Made by a program: the position numbers and the translations under genes. Below the pieces are notes generated by a model, which was not told where the DNA came from, searched no databases, and saw only the letters and a program-made list of their open reading frames with translations. From Octopus sinensis (taxonomy: Eukaryota), in assembly GCF_006345805.1 (NCBI RefSeq), contig NW_021835448.1, positions 1 through 39,935 of the forward strand: a DNA stretch of 39,935 nt, written 5' to 3'. Shown piece after piece: positions 19,785-33,839 of the stretch (position 1 is the first letter of the stretch; each line of letters opens with the position of its first letter).

Positions 19785-22279
19785 AATAAACTAAGGAATT
19801 GCCGGGTCAAAAGGCGAGGAGCTAGGTATGTGTCTATAAATGTTTTCGACCACAAAGATTATCTACATAAGTATCAGATAAAGCTGGTAAGCTCTAACTT
19901 CGAAGTCACTGAACCTTTTTTTTATGTAAAAATAATAATAATAAGGAATAATATATATTTGTGCGCATGTGTGTAGATTGCTGCATCTGTGACGGTGAAT
20001 GGAAACCACCATAATAAACAACCTAAATATGTTACTATCATTGAATCTATTTAGTCCTAAATAAGTCACTAATCAATTAAAATAATTCTTTCATACCCAC
20101 ATTTGTTCTGCATGAGGGCCTCTCTCCTCCTACCGTTCACACCGTAAATTGGTTTGTCTAAAGAGCAGAGAGCGTGTGGGTTTAAAAGGTCCCTTACGTT
20201 GTCTCAACAAGAGCCAGTCAATCTCTCTGGTGTTGGGGCAAAGATCCACACAGTCCGCTCTGTAAAGTGATTGGTGTTAGGAAGAGTATCCCAGAGAAAT
20301 AATATGTACGAACATCTACATTTTAAGGACTGAAGCACCTAATGGGAAATGATGTGCTCCATGACGACACGACCTGTTCATGACAGCATGGACAGTGGAC
20401 ATAAAATAATGGGGAGGAGGAGGTTGGTGAACAGACTTGGTTTCAAGGTATTTTTTTTCCCTAATATAAATCGCAACTCGATTATTAGAATTGTAAAAGT
20501 TTCTTAGAAATGCATTGAAGAAGTTATTAGTAATACACTCTTTCGTTAAAAGTATTTGTTTTTCCCTTTCGTTTAACTATTTCCTTACTAATATTAATAA
20601 GTAGAAGTTAATGGACGAATATTCTTTCAATAGAGACGACCGTTAATCTTTCTCATTCAATAATATATTATCATACATCGTTATGATATTTCACTTTACT
20701 GTAAATATGTGTAATTGTTCCAATTCTGTACGAATTAAGTTACGAATGTGACGGGATTGGTGGGGAAAATCTGCATTCCCTTAATATTGGCGAACACTGT
20801 CACAGAGTATTCTCTTGTCTATTATATTTTTATAGGACTCTATTTGCAAAGCGAAATTTTTGGAGTGAAATATAACTGTCCATACAATTTTGAATCCGCT
20901 TCAATCCTTATAAATACTTGTTATTATGTCATGAAAATAATAATAATGGCGGTATCTGGAGACGCGATCTACATCGCACGTCTTTCAAAACTGTTAATTG
21001 GATTAGTAATTCGCTACAAAATAATTTGATGATGAACTCTGTTTGTAAATGTGTGTTGTGTAAACTTCAAACTGCTACCTTGAATGCCATCTCTCTTCTT
21101 CCCCCCTGTCTTCTCTGATTCTCTGTTTATGCTACCCTTTTCTAGTATGTCTCTCATTGTCCATTCTGTATCTCAATGACACTGAACAATGAAAAAGAAA
21201 GTGAGTTGGAGGACGCTATACATAAGTACTACTGCCATCCTGAGGATTACTCTCCTTCTTCCCTACTGCGGTCGATATAATCGGTTTTCCTAATCTCTCC
21301 TGAAGCTGTGTCTATATAGGAAGCCTTACTGGTACTAATTTTAGCCAAGGGCAGTGGAATCGTTGAATCGATAGCGGGGTGGAGAAAATGCGATGCGGTA
21401 TTCCGAGTTGTTCGTTAACGATTTGCGATCAAATCCTGCCAAAGGTGATTTTTCCTTGCCTATTTCCAGGAACAGTATCATAAATAGCCTGCATTTGTAT
21501 AATAAAACAGTTGACGTACCGCAAGTAGGTTTCAGACCTGTCTTTCGAAGTTAGATTGTTCTGATGATTATGGTCATCGTTTCTGGGGGTCAAACTAAAT
21601 ATCTGTTTCTCGGATTATTGTCATATTACATCACCTTCACATCAAGTTTGTCCTCTCTTTTTTCCTTCTGTATGTTTTGCTTCTGAGGATAGTTTTGCAG
21701 GATTCGGAGGCATTAAAAGGAATTCCACATGAGTTAGAACATAAGAGAGGCCTGTCAGGATACGTGAACCTTGTCGCTTCTAGGATTTGAGTTCAGAAAT
21801 CGAGGTGGTTGATAATGTACTAGACGAGTGCCAAGAGGTTAATAAATGTATCAACGAGGACAAATTTGTGGAATTGCAACTTGGTAACTAGAGACTCAAG
21901 TCTACGTTGGACAGCCGTGGCCCCTGTCACTCGACAGAAGCCCAGTTAAGTTCTTTAACATCAGTTCAAAACAGACATTCAAATAAAGAGAGAATGGGAA
22001 AAAGGTTGTGAGCAAATTATCCAGTGTCACCTATAAATGTATTTAGAGGAACCTATCTTCCTCTAAAGTCGAGTAGAAGTGGTTACTGCTTACATCAATA
22101 TGGTTGTGCACGATCGCTTGTTTATAATATCTTGTTCAAACAAATCATCTAATTCTTGGAGAAGGGATAGATTCTAAGGGATAGGAAATAATCAATCTCT
22201 TGAAAACATCCAGTCACGTAAATATCGGTTTGTTATTATTTACGATGCACAAATACACTGTGAGGCTGATTCCTTTATC

Positions 22280-22670
22280 TTACTAACAATAACTCTGAGC
22301 ACCTTTTCAAACTCCACCTGTCTAACACCTATGGACATGTTTATAAAGTCAGAAAACAGCACAGCTCCCATGACTTTCGGAAACACTTTTTCACGCTAAG
22401 AGTTGCTGAAGTATGGAACAAACTGCCGGCATCAGTTGTTAGTTGTCGGAGCACTGCATCCTTCAAAACTTCCATGCTTCCCGAGATTCGCCAACACTAC
22501 ACCTCTGATTTTCTCCCCTCCATACACACGCAAGCATGCATCTGATTCAAACACTGTTCACTTTCCAGACATTTGTACATTACTGCATATGCTTTATATG
22601 CACATTTGACAAGTTGTGGTGCATCTGAAGACTGTATACAATAATTTCAGTATTGTTATTTATTATTATA
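22280..22670 (+). mobile_element. CR1-clade LINE 3' end (5'-truncated)
   Basis: TYGHVYKVRKQHSSHDFRKHFFTLRVAEVWNKLPASVVSCRSTASFK matches the (R)GH..K..R..FF..RV...WN.LP..VV...FK motif. A short 3'UTR with a (TTA)-rich tail follows. Confidence 0.85.
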
Positions 22671-23454
22671 AGAAGCTGTTAACAATATATCGGAAAAGTA
22701 GCCCTGAAGAGGCTGGTGAAAATCACCGTTTGTGTGACATGACTTTATACAGATTGTCCATTTGTCTGAGCTGCATTTCTGAATCAAGTACTGATTGTTG
22801 TCGGAGTTTTGGTGTCTGCAAGGTTGCTTGGTGTTCATTGCAATTGAACCATATTGTCTTCAAATCCTCACACTTCCTCACTTGAGGAGATTTACTTGTT
22901 GGCGTCTTATTGTTATCTATGTAGTAGTAGTAGTAGTAGTGATGGTGGCGGCGGTGGTGGTGATGATGTTTTCACGTCACATGTTGACTTGCAAATTTAT
23001 GAGCGGCCAAAATTATATTCTATGGAATGTCTGTACGAGAAGATTAAAAATTATGGCCTGTGTGTGTGTAGGTGTACATGTGTATGTGTCAATCTACATA
23101 ATCTCTACTTGTCTGTATGTATAGATGTCTGTCTGCATGCCTCTCTGTTTGTCTGTCTATGATGTGCGCGCGTGTGTGTGTGCATACAGTGTGCCATGCG
23201 CAAAAATCTGAGCCCCAAAGCTGCTTGGGTAACTTTCTACCGATTAAAACTATAAAATACGTCTATATACTTAGTTTGAGTTTCATTCTCCTTCTGTGTT
23301 CTGCCAAACACACACTCACACACATATATATATCTATATATATCTATATATATATACAAGCACACACACATATATATACACACACACATACACACACACA
23401 CACACACATATATATATAATGCATGCACGTATATATGCATGAATATCTCTTCTA

Positions 23455-24515
23455 TTTTTATTTATTATAAATCTTCCACTGAGGAAGGAGCCGGTTTCCA
23501 ACACAGATACAAAGCTCGATCTTTGCGGTGCAATTAACACAGACAAATTCACAGTTGGAACTTGAGAAAAGTCTTGCATATTTTTACTGATCCACTCGCA
23601 AATTGCGCTTGTAATGTATGAATCAGCCGGTGAATTTCTCTTTCTGAAAACCTCAGTTTATCCAAATTTTCCTTTAAGCATTTACTAACAAAACCTAGTG
23701 CTCCAATGATTATTGGTATGAATATGAATTCATAGTCTGGATATAGAAGCTGGAAGTTTCGAAGTAGTTGTCCATAGATATCCTCTTTTTCTTTGATTTT
23801 CAAAGAGATATTCATAGATGTAGGGTAGCTAACCTCTATAATGGTACATACTTTTACCGCTCTGTCCCAAAGAACAATATCCGGCTTGTTATGCTTATAT
23901 TTGACAGAGGTTTTGATTCCACCAGTATTTCTTGAGTTGGTGTTTATGAATGTATTCCATAACAGAGCGATTTTCTTAGTTTATTTCAGGGCAGTCTTTT
24001 TTGCGGATGGTATTGTAAATTGTTTTAGCACAACATCGTGCCGCATAGGGAGGTAGTACCGTGATGATATTTTAGGACAGTTGCTAATCACATGCGTGAT
24101 GTCTTCCACAGGAACATGACATAGCCTACACATGCAGTTGTTGCTTGGGATTACATGAGCGTCACTGTCTCTCTTGTTCACCCGGTTCTTTGTGGAAATC
24201 TCCTGTTCCTGAATTGCAAACGTATAACCTTCAAAGTGTGATGTAATGTAGGGGTCATATATCCTAGAGAGGCTGCGATTCGTGTCAATTCTACTGTCTT
24301 CTTGAAGCTTTCGATCAACATACCCACGCATGCTCTTTTTTGTTTTGTATGCTGGGTGCTTTCTGTCCAGGTCTTCTCTGAGGTAAAAGAGCCCAGCTGT
24401 TTTGCGGCTGTATAGGAAATCATTAGGAATAGAGTGCTTCTTGAGGAGTTCCCTGCCAACTCGTACAGTGTTACTAACTTCACTTTTCAGCACTGCATTC
24501 ATACATTTATTTTAG
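23455..24515 (-). mobile_element. R4/Dong-like RLE retrotransposon 3' portion (CCHC plus RLE plus 3'UTR)
   Basis: Motifs in order: AIQEQEISTK; CRLCHVPVEDITHVISNCP (CCHC); RHDVV; HNKPDIVLWD..IIEVSYP (PD..E); PIIIGALG. The 3'UTR ends in taataaataaaa. Confidence 0.92.
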
Positions 24516-25289
24516 CTGCTGTTGTTTAGCTGGTGCTGACTGAGTGATACCATACGGCATTGGAAGTCCGTCAGCACTGTGGAAGTTCCCAGTTGTTGTC
24601 AGGATTTTGCGGGTTTTGATAGAGTGGATTTCCTCTACAGACCAATAAAGTATCCAACATGAATGTATGTATGTATGTATGTATTATATACGTACGTACG
24701 TATATATGTATGTATGCATGTATGTATGTCTGTATGTGTGTGTGTGTACTTATGTATGTACGGAATTTTTCTATATCTGCTTATGCATGTAGTCATGCAA
24801 GCAGATGCACACCTAGAAACATATATATCACAAAATCCCTTAACTTATATATTGTGTCCATGCACCCTAATTCTTCGCCTTCTCTTGACCGATTAGTCTT
24901 CAATATTTCTTTTTTGTCATTGATTGGTTCTATTGTCATGGTGATATGGTGAACAAAACATGATTACTTGTTTCTTACCAATAGTTATTCAATCCACTCA
25001 GTGAATGTCGATGCGACATCTCTGCTGTTTATTCCCTATCCGTCATTAGACTGCAGCCATACTGGTGCAGTGCTGTCACATAACAACTTAGCTGTACTGT
25101 AGCTCACTCTTCATTAATATTGCTGCAATTTGTTCCAGTCGTGACCATCTCGTATTTTCTTCCTAGCCATAGTTTGTTATCGTAACAAATAACAGTTTGA
25201 CGAGCTGCTAAGATTATGTCCACGTTTGTCCTAGATAAACCAGAGTTTTATCATTGCGAAAATAAGAGCTTTATTTAGTACTATAGGAT

Positions 25290-26090
25290 TAATGGTAACT
25301 ATCTATATCTAATTTTATAAATTTGGATTTTTTTAGTTTTCTCTACTCTTATAAACCATCCTATAACTTCCTGAGTGCAAGACCAAAATGAAAGTCCAAT
25401 CTTAGTTTTTTGTTTGGATATTACTTTCTCTATGATGTTTTTACTTATACGCCCAATGTCCAATTTCGATGGATATATTAATCTCATTTTAGGGTCACTG
25501 TCGAAGTTATTTTTGTGGTCCTTTAGGTTTATCCTAGCTCTTTTGGAGTATATGGTCCGCTCCTATAATCAATCCCTAGGTTTTTTACTATTTTTAATCC
25601 CTTTTTGTTTATGTAAGGTGTTGTAGGGTGCATGCTTGTATTTGCTGAGCATTTCTTTTCAGAGTGAACTGTTGTATAGTGTGGTGTCTACAATATAAAG
25701 ATGGCCGGTTTTATCCGCTGGCACAATTATTCCTTTTGTTTCTTTAAAGACCTTCAATAGTTTTATTTTGTAGAGCTCTTCCTTGAATGGTGTTATGTGA
25801 TGATTTGCTGGCGGATTTCTTGGGGATTTAAATACTTTCTTGAGCGCTTTCGTATCTATTTGTTGATCTTGCGTTTTGTTTTCTTTGTCGTATAAAAATA
25901 CATTCCATCTAATTCTTATAATGAAGGAGCTTGTGCTGGCTGTTTTTTTGCTTTAAATATTCATTTTTGGTTGGAATTGGGATGTCTTTTAGCGAGAAAT
26001 CTAGATTTAGTTTCTCCATCATTTGACCCTAAATAGCACTCTGATTCAGAAAGCGACTTCGACCAGTTATCTGGTTTTCGTCAGTGTCAG
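25290..26090 (-). mobile_element. Penelope-like element, 5' portion (start codon to early RT)
   Basis: ATG at 26019 begins MEKLNLDFSLKDIPIP. Later motifs are IRWNVF, VPADKTGHLY and ARINLKDHKNNFDSDPKMRLIYPSKLDIGRISK..WSCTQEVIGWF..FIKLDI. Frameshifted. Confidence 0.8.
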
Positions 26091-27743
26091 TTGAGGTGTA
26101 TTCCATTAAGAACATAGAGTACAAAATAGAGCTTGTTCACCATTAGAATTACCAGATTGCCGGCAGAATACATATATACAAACAGATATATACATACATT
26201 TATACACACGGAGACACATACACAAATAGAAACACACAATCAGATGACCTTCATGGTTCACCTCATGCTTTTATGTGGTCAAATGCTGTCCTAGTTTATC
26301 TTGCAATATATTTTATAAATTAATGAAAAAAAAATTTATTCCACTATTTTATCTATCACTGTAACGATTCCGTTAGGTCGCCACCTTTGTCTCTTTTCTT
26401 AATAACCCTTTCCAATATCGCCAAAAAGGGCTAAAATCAACCCCAGTGCTCGATTGGTACGTAGCTCCAGAACTAAATTTCATTAATATACTGTGCTCCT
26501 TGTTTAATAACGTACGGTGTACTTTGAAGGAAATTTAGCCGTTGCTGTGGCTGCAGCTGGTAGTGAAAGAACTGGCCAGTTGAACAAAATATTGGTGTTG
26601 TTTTATAGTTGCAGATCACACGTGGTCAGTCACTCCAAATATTAAATGTGTTCCACTTGGGATCCTGCTGTCATTGTTTTCTTTCAAGCAAACTGTTTCT
26701 AAGACTACATTTGCCATTGAGTTATGCAGCATTTCCCCCTCTTTTAAGTATGTAAAGTGTGATTCGAGGAATATTTGGTTATTCTTTCTAGCAAGTTAAC
26801 TGACTGCATGAAATGCTCTTCTCCTGCTGGTTCGTTGTCACAGTTATAGTTTTGGCGCGGTTTAGCGTAGCAAGTATACAAGTTATCCAAACTTCTTGTG
26901 CTAAATTAGTTTACATAAGTGAAACGCGGTTAAAGTGTTTTAATTATACTTTTAGCTCTTAACAATTCCAATATTTCGTTCGTTTTTGATATACATTGTA
27001 TTTTTAATTCACAATACATACAGCGTTTCTTAATTGGTCCTCATTAATGAATTGTGCCTACACCGCTCTTTCGTTTCTGCTTCTATAATCATTTGTTCTA
27101 AACACGTGTCAATAATAGTTATAAACATTTTAAATGCAAATACTCGTGGCCTTAAGCAAGTATTTCTTGCTCGAATGCCAATTACTTCATTCCAACCCCC
27201 TCCGGAAATGAGTGCTCCTTTCTTTTGTTTGTATGCAATATATTTAGTGCAATTTTATTTAATCGTACTTCGAGATTTTCTTGGATTTTCTTGTTTGTAA
27301 TTTATTTTCTTATATATATATTTTCTCTATTATTATTACTATTATTATTATTATTATTGTTGTTGTTATTATTATCTTAACTTCAATTGAAATAATATTT
27401 TGAAAAAAAAACCTGACAACAGCAAAAACAAAAACACCTCATCTTGGGTACCAATCAACTGTATTTTTCTTCCCCTTCAGCTGTTTGTTCTTTATATTCC
27501 TACATTTAAAACTTTGATTAATAATGACCGATGGCGTTTAAGCTTCATTTAAAAATGTTTCATTATCATACATAACAATAATCATTTATATAATGGACAT
27601 GAAACGAAAACAACAACAAGAAAAAAATTCAAAAGAAAGCAACAATATGCAAAAGAAAAGAAATCGCAATATACATACAAGTATACAAACATATATGTAT
27701 GTGTGTGTACGTTCTCTATATATATATGTATGTATGTGTGTTT

Positions 27744-27813
<70 letters not shown>

Positions 27814-28197
27814 GAGAGAGAGAGATGGATAGATGAAAATAAATCTTGCCAAAAGAATAGATTTATAATAGAATTTAACAGAATTGTAGTTTCGTTGGGG
27901 TTTCAGTTAAAATAGCAATTTTAATGTAAAACCATTCTTTTCTATAATACAAGACTATTTTCCGTGCACTTAGTGCAATCGTTCCTAAAGTTTTCTCTGT
28001 TTTTTATTTAAATGAATTTTCCCAGAGACACCCAATCTTTTAAAATGATTCTATACTTAATAACCTGGTTTTTAGCGTAGAACAAATTCTCTTTCTTGGT
28101 TTTCACCTCCCAATTGAAAAATAATAACATATGTTACTTGTCGGGCCAACACGTCGTTCTGCACCATTTCAGTATTCCATTACCTCTTTATCCATTT

Positions 28198-28237
<40 letters not shown>

Positions 28238-31200
28238 CATCTCTACACATCCTGGATCTGCTCACTCGACGAAACGAAAGGAACAATATAACGTATTCAA
28301 ACACGGAAGCATGGTGCTGTTGAGTTTAAAAACATGATTTCCATTCTATTTCTTCTGTTCCCACTTTTACTTAATTTATACCATTTTATCCTTCAGCTCT
28401 TCTCCACGCTCCATTTTATCTCACTCACTTCTCTTCATTTTTCATTTCTCGTTACTTCTCCCCCTCATACCTTGTTTCTCTCTCCTACTACTTTCTGGCA
28501 ATCTATACAACTTCACGTTGTCTTGCAATCCCTATCAATTGCAGCCAGTTGCTCAGACATACGATGCAAACGTCTCTGACTTTCATCTCTTCCCTTTAGT
28601 CATCTTAATCATGAAGGACACAGTCAGGAATTGGATGCTCCACTTCCCTCCCTACTTTCACGCTATTCTCTCTTTTACTTTTTCTCAGTAACTCTGTGTA
28701 ACAGAGTAATAAAACATTTTACACGGTAACCTTTTAAAACTCGACTGAAATACTCCTGATGCCAACATTCTTAACCCGCCCATATCTTGCGATCTGCTTA
28801 TCAGGGTTTCCTCTATATCTTATTGTGTGTGTGCGCATAAATTTTTGAGCCAATGTTATCTTTATTTGCAAAGGATGTGCACGTCCATGCAAGTAATCAA
28901 CATATAACTACTATAATGGCCATCTAAGCAAAGCGAACGATTGTGTGTTTTATTCATTAAAATATTCGATTTCCTCTGGAAAACCTTTCATGTATTTGTG
29001 TGCAACTTGTGAAACAGGAATGGCGCACACAAGTGTAAAACCTTGAGAGAACGTCGTGGCATATCTCAAGTTGAAAACTGTTCACTTTGTATGCAGCAGT
29101 TTAGTGTATATGTATACCCAATTCGTTTATACCCAATTCGTGTGCACCAATTTAGTGTGTACGCATTCGTATTCATGACATCGACGAATCAAAGAAGTAT
29201 CTCTACATTGTCGTTGAATCTGCTAGAAATAGAGACGAAATCCCTTTCAAATTATGAGTTATCATTTTACGAAAAGAAGTCTACATTAGACAATGTAGTC
29301 CCATGAACAAGGGAATGTTCGTTGCTGGAATGCTCCTATTCGTCTGTCTGCTTATTTAGTACTGAGATGAGGTTAAACAACAGAAAGATATTACGTAAGA
29401 AAATTATATTTGCGTCATTATTTTGCTGCTGCCTACTTTTCCGTGCTTGCATGGGTTAGACACATTTCATTGAGAGAGATTTTCTATGGTTAGGTGTTTT
29501 CCTAAAATAAGTCCTAACCTGTTTCCAAGCAATGTAGTATTTCCCCTATGACCAGAGATGTATTTACAGATGACTGGAAACAAAAAATACTGCTTGTATG
29601 ACAGTGACGCTCGTTTACGACTATCACGTGATAAGTAAAATATACACACTCCCCCCACCACACACACATAAGCATAATCGTGCGCGCATACATATTTACT
29701 ATGAGCTTCTTTCAGTTTCCATATGTCCAACTCAGCGGCATATAATGTTCACCCTCTAAAACACGAACGACGCCTCCCCAACCAACTTCTTCAGAGTCAA
29801 ACAAATCCTACTTAGAATGGAATTTAATTGAAGGATATCGTCAATGGAACTTACATGATGGACATTGTGAATGTTCTGCCAAGGCTATTTTACAAGAATG
29901 TCGTCATGGATACGAAATGTTTTCCTTTTGCAGCTTTTCAAACTAACACCCCAAAATTTTAGTAAGGAATGAATTTAGCGTTAATTATGCATGGTTCACT
30001 TCCTTTTTAAGAGCTGAACCATTTCTTCCCATGATGCCCATGTTTGGAAAGTTTTTCTTTTGATGATAATTAGAAAGTAAAAATATTTATTTCTTGTGAA
30101 ATGCGAGCCACTTTAGTTCATTTCGCATTTTCATTACTGTTATGCTTATTGGCGATAAATGATTGATTTTGGGCTATCTGATATTTCATTAAATAACTAT
30201 AAAGATTGTATTCAAAATGAAGAATGGTACAAGAGGACGTGTTTGTTATTTTTATATCTGTAATAAAGAGTGTGATATGATCATAAAGCATTTACAAAGG
30301 TTCCAATAAAAATCCCATCTATTGATGTCTTCCCTTTATTCCTCGTCATCATAGAATATGTCCTGCAGGTTCCAACATAACACAATGTGCTTATCGGAGA
30401 ATAAGTGTTGATTGCATTGCGTTAATACTGCTATAAATTGGTTATATGGTTTCTGTAAACAAAAGCTATCTAAGAAACACGATTTTACTTTGTGGTTCAC
30501 CGAATAATCATCTGCTTGTCTATTCAATAGAAAGAAACAAAACGAACGAAACGAAAGGAAAATGATTTGTGAAAAGCTGTGTCTGATAGGTTGCACAAAT
30601 AACCATGATTCTCAGTAATGTCTCAAGAAATAGTCTCAATTCATTCTCCGCTATTCAAAAGTTCCATTGTTCACAAGACAAGTCTTCAATCTATGCCAAT
30701 GCATATTCAATTTTACAGCCATCTGCGAACTCTCCGTTCGCCTATTGTGATTCCATTTCAGTCAGAACAACGCTCGTAACTTTTAATTACTGAACAGTTT
30801 AATTTAACTTTGATGATCAGGCAAGCGCAATTCATGTAGATATTCTGTCCATATGAATGTGATATGCCTTCTATCACTCACGTTCGATGTGAGGGAGAGA
30901 GAGGGGGAGGGAAAGAGAAAGGAAGATAGAGATAAAGAGAATGAGGCTGACGCAGTCAGTGACAAGGAAAGAGAGAGAGAGAGAGAGAGATCAATACCGT
31001 TTTCTTGCATCAGTTTAGTAACGGAGTAAGACAGACTAATGTAATCGCCCTCTTGCACACCGTCTCCACACTTTCTTTTTCTGTTAAATTTCGAATCTAA
31101 TCTTAATTATTTTCTCCCCAGTTTTTATTCCCTCCTTACCTTGCCAACTCACTACGCTAATTGTTTTACTAGTTACTAATCATGAGAGTTTCGCTGCCAA

Positions 31201-31769
31201 TTACCATTATCCATTTCCATTAGTTGACACGGACCTTAGCCGACACATGTCCATCCATCTATCGCTCTCTATCACACCCAACCCATCAGCACCATTCATC
31301 AATGAATCCTACCAATGCTTTTAGTTTCTCTGAACAACGAAATTTCTGAATATCTTATCGAATCTTGAGAGAATCGCATCATCGTGCGTGTATGTAGAGA
31401 TGTTTCTTGGTTTCCGTTCTCCAGTTTCACTTACAAATAATTGACCATTCTAAGGTTATGATAGAAAACTTTTGCTCAAGATTCAACGCAATCAGATCGA
31501 ATCCGTGACTACTTGTTACGAAGCAAATTTCTTCAATGCAATAACTCTCAACTGCTAAACACCCTAAAATCCGAAACTTCCACGATTATTATTAACATTT
31601 GTTTATTCTTCAAATTTTAAAATAAAACGTAGAATATTCTTAAGAATCTTGGAAGCGTGGGTGGAAGTTTGACAAACTCACACACGCTCACGCATGCACG
31701 CACATGCGACCCTATGAGAGTTGTCGTTGAAATATTGCAAATATAAAGATAACTATTTTAACTGATACA

Positions 31770-32115
31770 GGACGTTCCAGAATGCGCATGCCGGTAGAAT
31801 AACTCTTCTTCTACACAAAACCGCTATTCAATAACATTTGCTCTGGTATTTGCTCTGTCGCTGAACTCAACACTTGGAGACGCTTCAATAACATTCAGGT
31901 GTCAACTGTTGTGTCAATTCTTCACAGCTCCTTTCACCTTGTCGTCTAATCAGCGTCCTTGAAGTGTGTCCTTCATTGGACCAAACAGGTGGAAGTCAGA
32001 AGGCACAAAGTCGTGGCTGTAGAATGGATTGACAACTATTAACCAGCTCAGTTTTCCGATTGCCTGATTTGGTACCCAAGGTGTGTGTGGTCGCATATTG
32101 TCATGGTGAATGTGT
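31770..32115 (-). mobile_element. Mariner (Tc1/mariner) transposase C-terminal remnant
   Basis: The minus strand reads HHDNMRPHT (the HDNARPH motif) and PFYSHDFVPSDFHLFGPMKDTLQGR (the YSPDLAPSDFHLF motif), with stops. Confidence 0.85.
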
Positions 32116-32131
32116 AAACAGTTTTTACATT

Positions 32132-32245
32132 CCTCTTCGGTCTCTCCTTCCTCTCTTCGGTCTCTATTTATTTCTCCCTCTTCAGTCTCTCCTTCCTCTC
32201 TTCAGTTTCTCTTTACCTCTTTGGTCTCTCTTTCTCCATCTTCAA
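32132..32245. repeat. Degenerate CT-rich minisatellite of about 20 bp (CTCTTCRGTCTCT-like unit)
   Basis: About 5 imperfect units, seen directly. Confidence 0.7.
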
Positions 32246-32411
32246 TGGCTTCAAAACTCTTCCAGCAATTCAGAGCAAATTTCAATGTTTCAAATTTACA
32301 TTGAATGTTGACGCATTGGTGTAACCAGGATATTCTAGTGATCTGATAAAATTGCTTTCCTTATCTGCATTGATTTCTAAATAAACAATTGTATTGTCAA
32401 CAGCCTCTATA

Positions 32412-33022
32412 TTAACCCTCCATGGGCCAGCAGGGTTGGAATTACACAAAAGGCCATTGGGGTTCCGAGGGACACACTTCTATTTGTGTGCATTTCCACA
32501 CTATCCGTAAAGTAATATTTGTTTAATCTTATATATATGAGTGAGTACATGATACAGAACAAGAAATTTAGCATCTTATAGGTATATATTTGTAATTATT
32601 AGTTTTTAATGGAGGGGAATTCAAATATAATTTATTGACTGAAAAAAAAAACCTTTATTGAAAGAAATCAACATTCGTTATAGTTTTGTAAACTCTATAT
32701 ATAGCACTAAATATAAAATTATTTAGTACATCGATTCGTACCAGTACAAATACGAAGAAAATTGACTATCAGAATATCGGCAAAAAGAACAGAAAAAAGA
32801 ATAACTTCCCAGAAGGCTAATGGCGTCCAGTTGGACCCCAATGACAATATTTTATGCTTTAACATCCATATGACTGACCATTTTGAGCTCAAAATGTGCA
32901 TACATAAACTATTAGCAATAAAAGTCGAGATATAAAATCATTTAAATAAAAAATATAAAATTTGCATAACTTTAAAAATCTGCTGATTTCCGAAGGGACC
33001 CCGCCAGCCCACGAAGGGTTAA
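32412..33022. mobile_element. piggyBac-like MITE (about 603 bp) with TTAA target duplications
   Basis: The left end is TTAA-CCCTCCATGGGCCAGCAGGG and the right end is CCCCGCCAGCCCACGAAGGG-TTAA. The imperfect 20-bp TIRs start with CCCT, and the interior is AT-rich and non-coding. Confidence 0.75.
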
Positions 33023-33653
33023 TGCAAACATGAAAATTTTTTTTTTTTTATGTACTAAAATCATTATTACACGATGAAGGCTGCAAAATGGACATAACCT
33101 TCAGGATAACAAATGGTTAAATATATATATTCGATTCTCATAACATCTGACATTTTATGGAGTATATATTCCTCATGAAATACTTTAATCGATTACATTT
33201 CCTGCATTTCAGTAGCATAGAAATCTGCATTGTTTTACCCTATATTAGTTAACCCATAAAGCGCTGGGATTTGCACTTACATGGACTGCTAAGCATATTT
33301 TATATAAATGAGACTACCATGCACACATAAAAAACACAAAAATAAATAAAATATCTTCTTAGTATATAATGGTGGCAAGTTTTACATCATCAGTTGGACA
33401 ATTAGTCGTCTTGCATTCTGGGGGTGGGGGTTCGGGGCAATTGCGTGACATTAGACCCCAACAAACGCCCATTAATGAAATGCATCTATCAGGGCCACGA
33501 TCGTAGCCTGTCGACTTGTGCCTGACTGCCATGATCGTGGCCAGTCGCGCTTAATGTGTTAACTATGTTGTGTGATAGCCGGATCTACTAGATAAGCTTT
33601 CTCTGATAGCCACATAACTCCATGAATCCATATATTGCACTACAAATTTATAT

Positions 33654-33696
<43 letters not shown>

Positions 33697-33772
33697 AGGT
33701 GATTAAAATTGTATGGATAATACCGTACTGAATTCTGGTGCCTAAACTTAAGTGCCATATTCATCTGAATCT

Positions 33773-33832
<60 letters not shown>

Positions 33833-33839
33833 TATATAT

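Noticed and set aside
21695-21895. Protein-like fragments DSEALKGIPHELEHKRGLSG.. and SEIEVVDNVLDECQEVNK..
   Set aside because: They are interrupted by a stop or frameshift and show no recognisable family. Probably an old TE remnant.
23475-23510. CTGAGGA...GGTTTCC hammerhead-like string
   Set aside because: It lacks GAAAC on the same strand and lies in the R4/Dong 3'UTR.
29100-29170. TACCCAATTCGT short tandem motif
   Set aside because: It may be a DNA-transposon subterminal repeat, but it is too degenerate and no TIR pair was identified.
30300-31100. Unique sequence with FOX-like TGTAAACA, homeobox-like TAAT cores and a GA tract
   Set aside because: Short motifs are expected by chance at this AT content, so it cannot be supported without conservation data.
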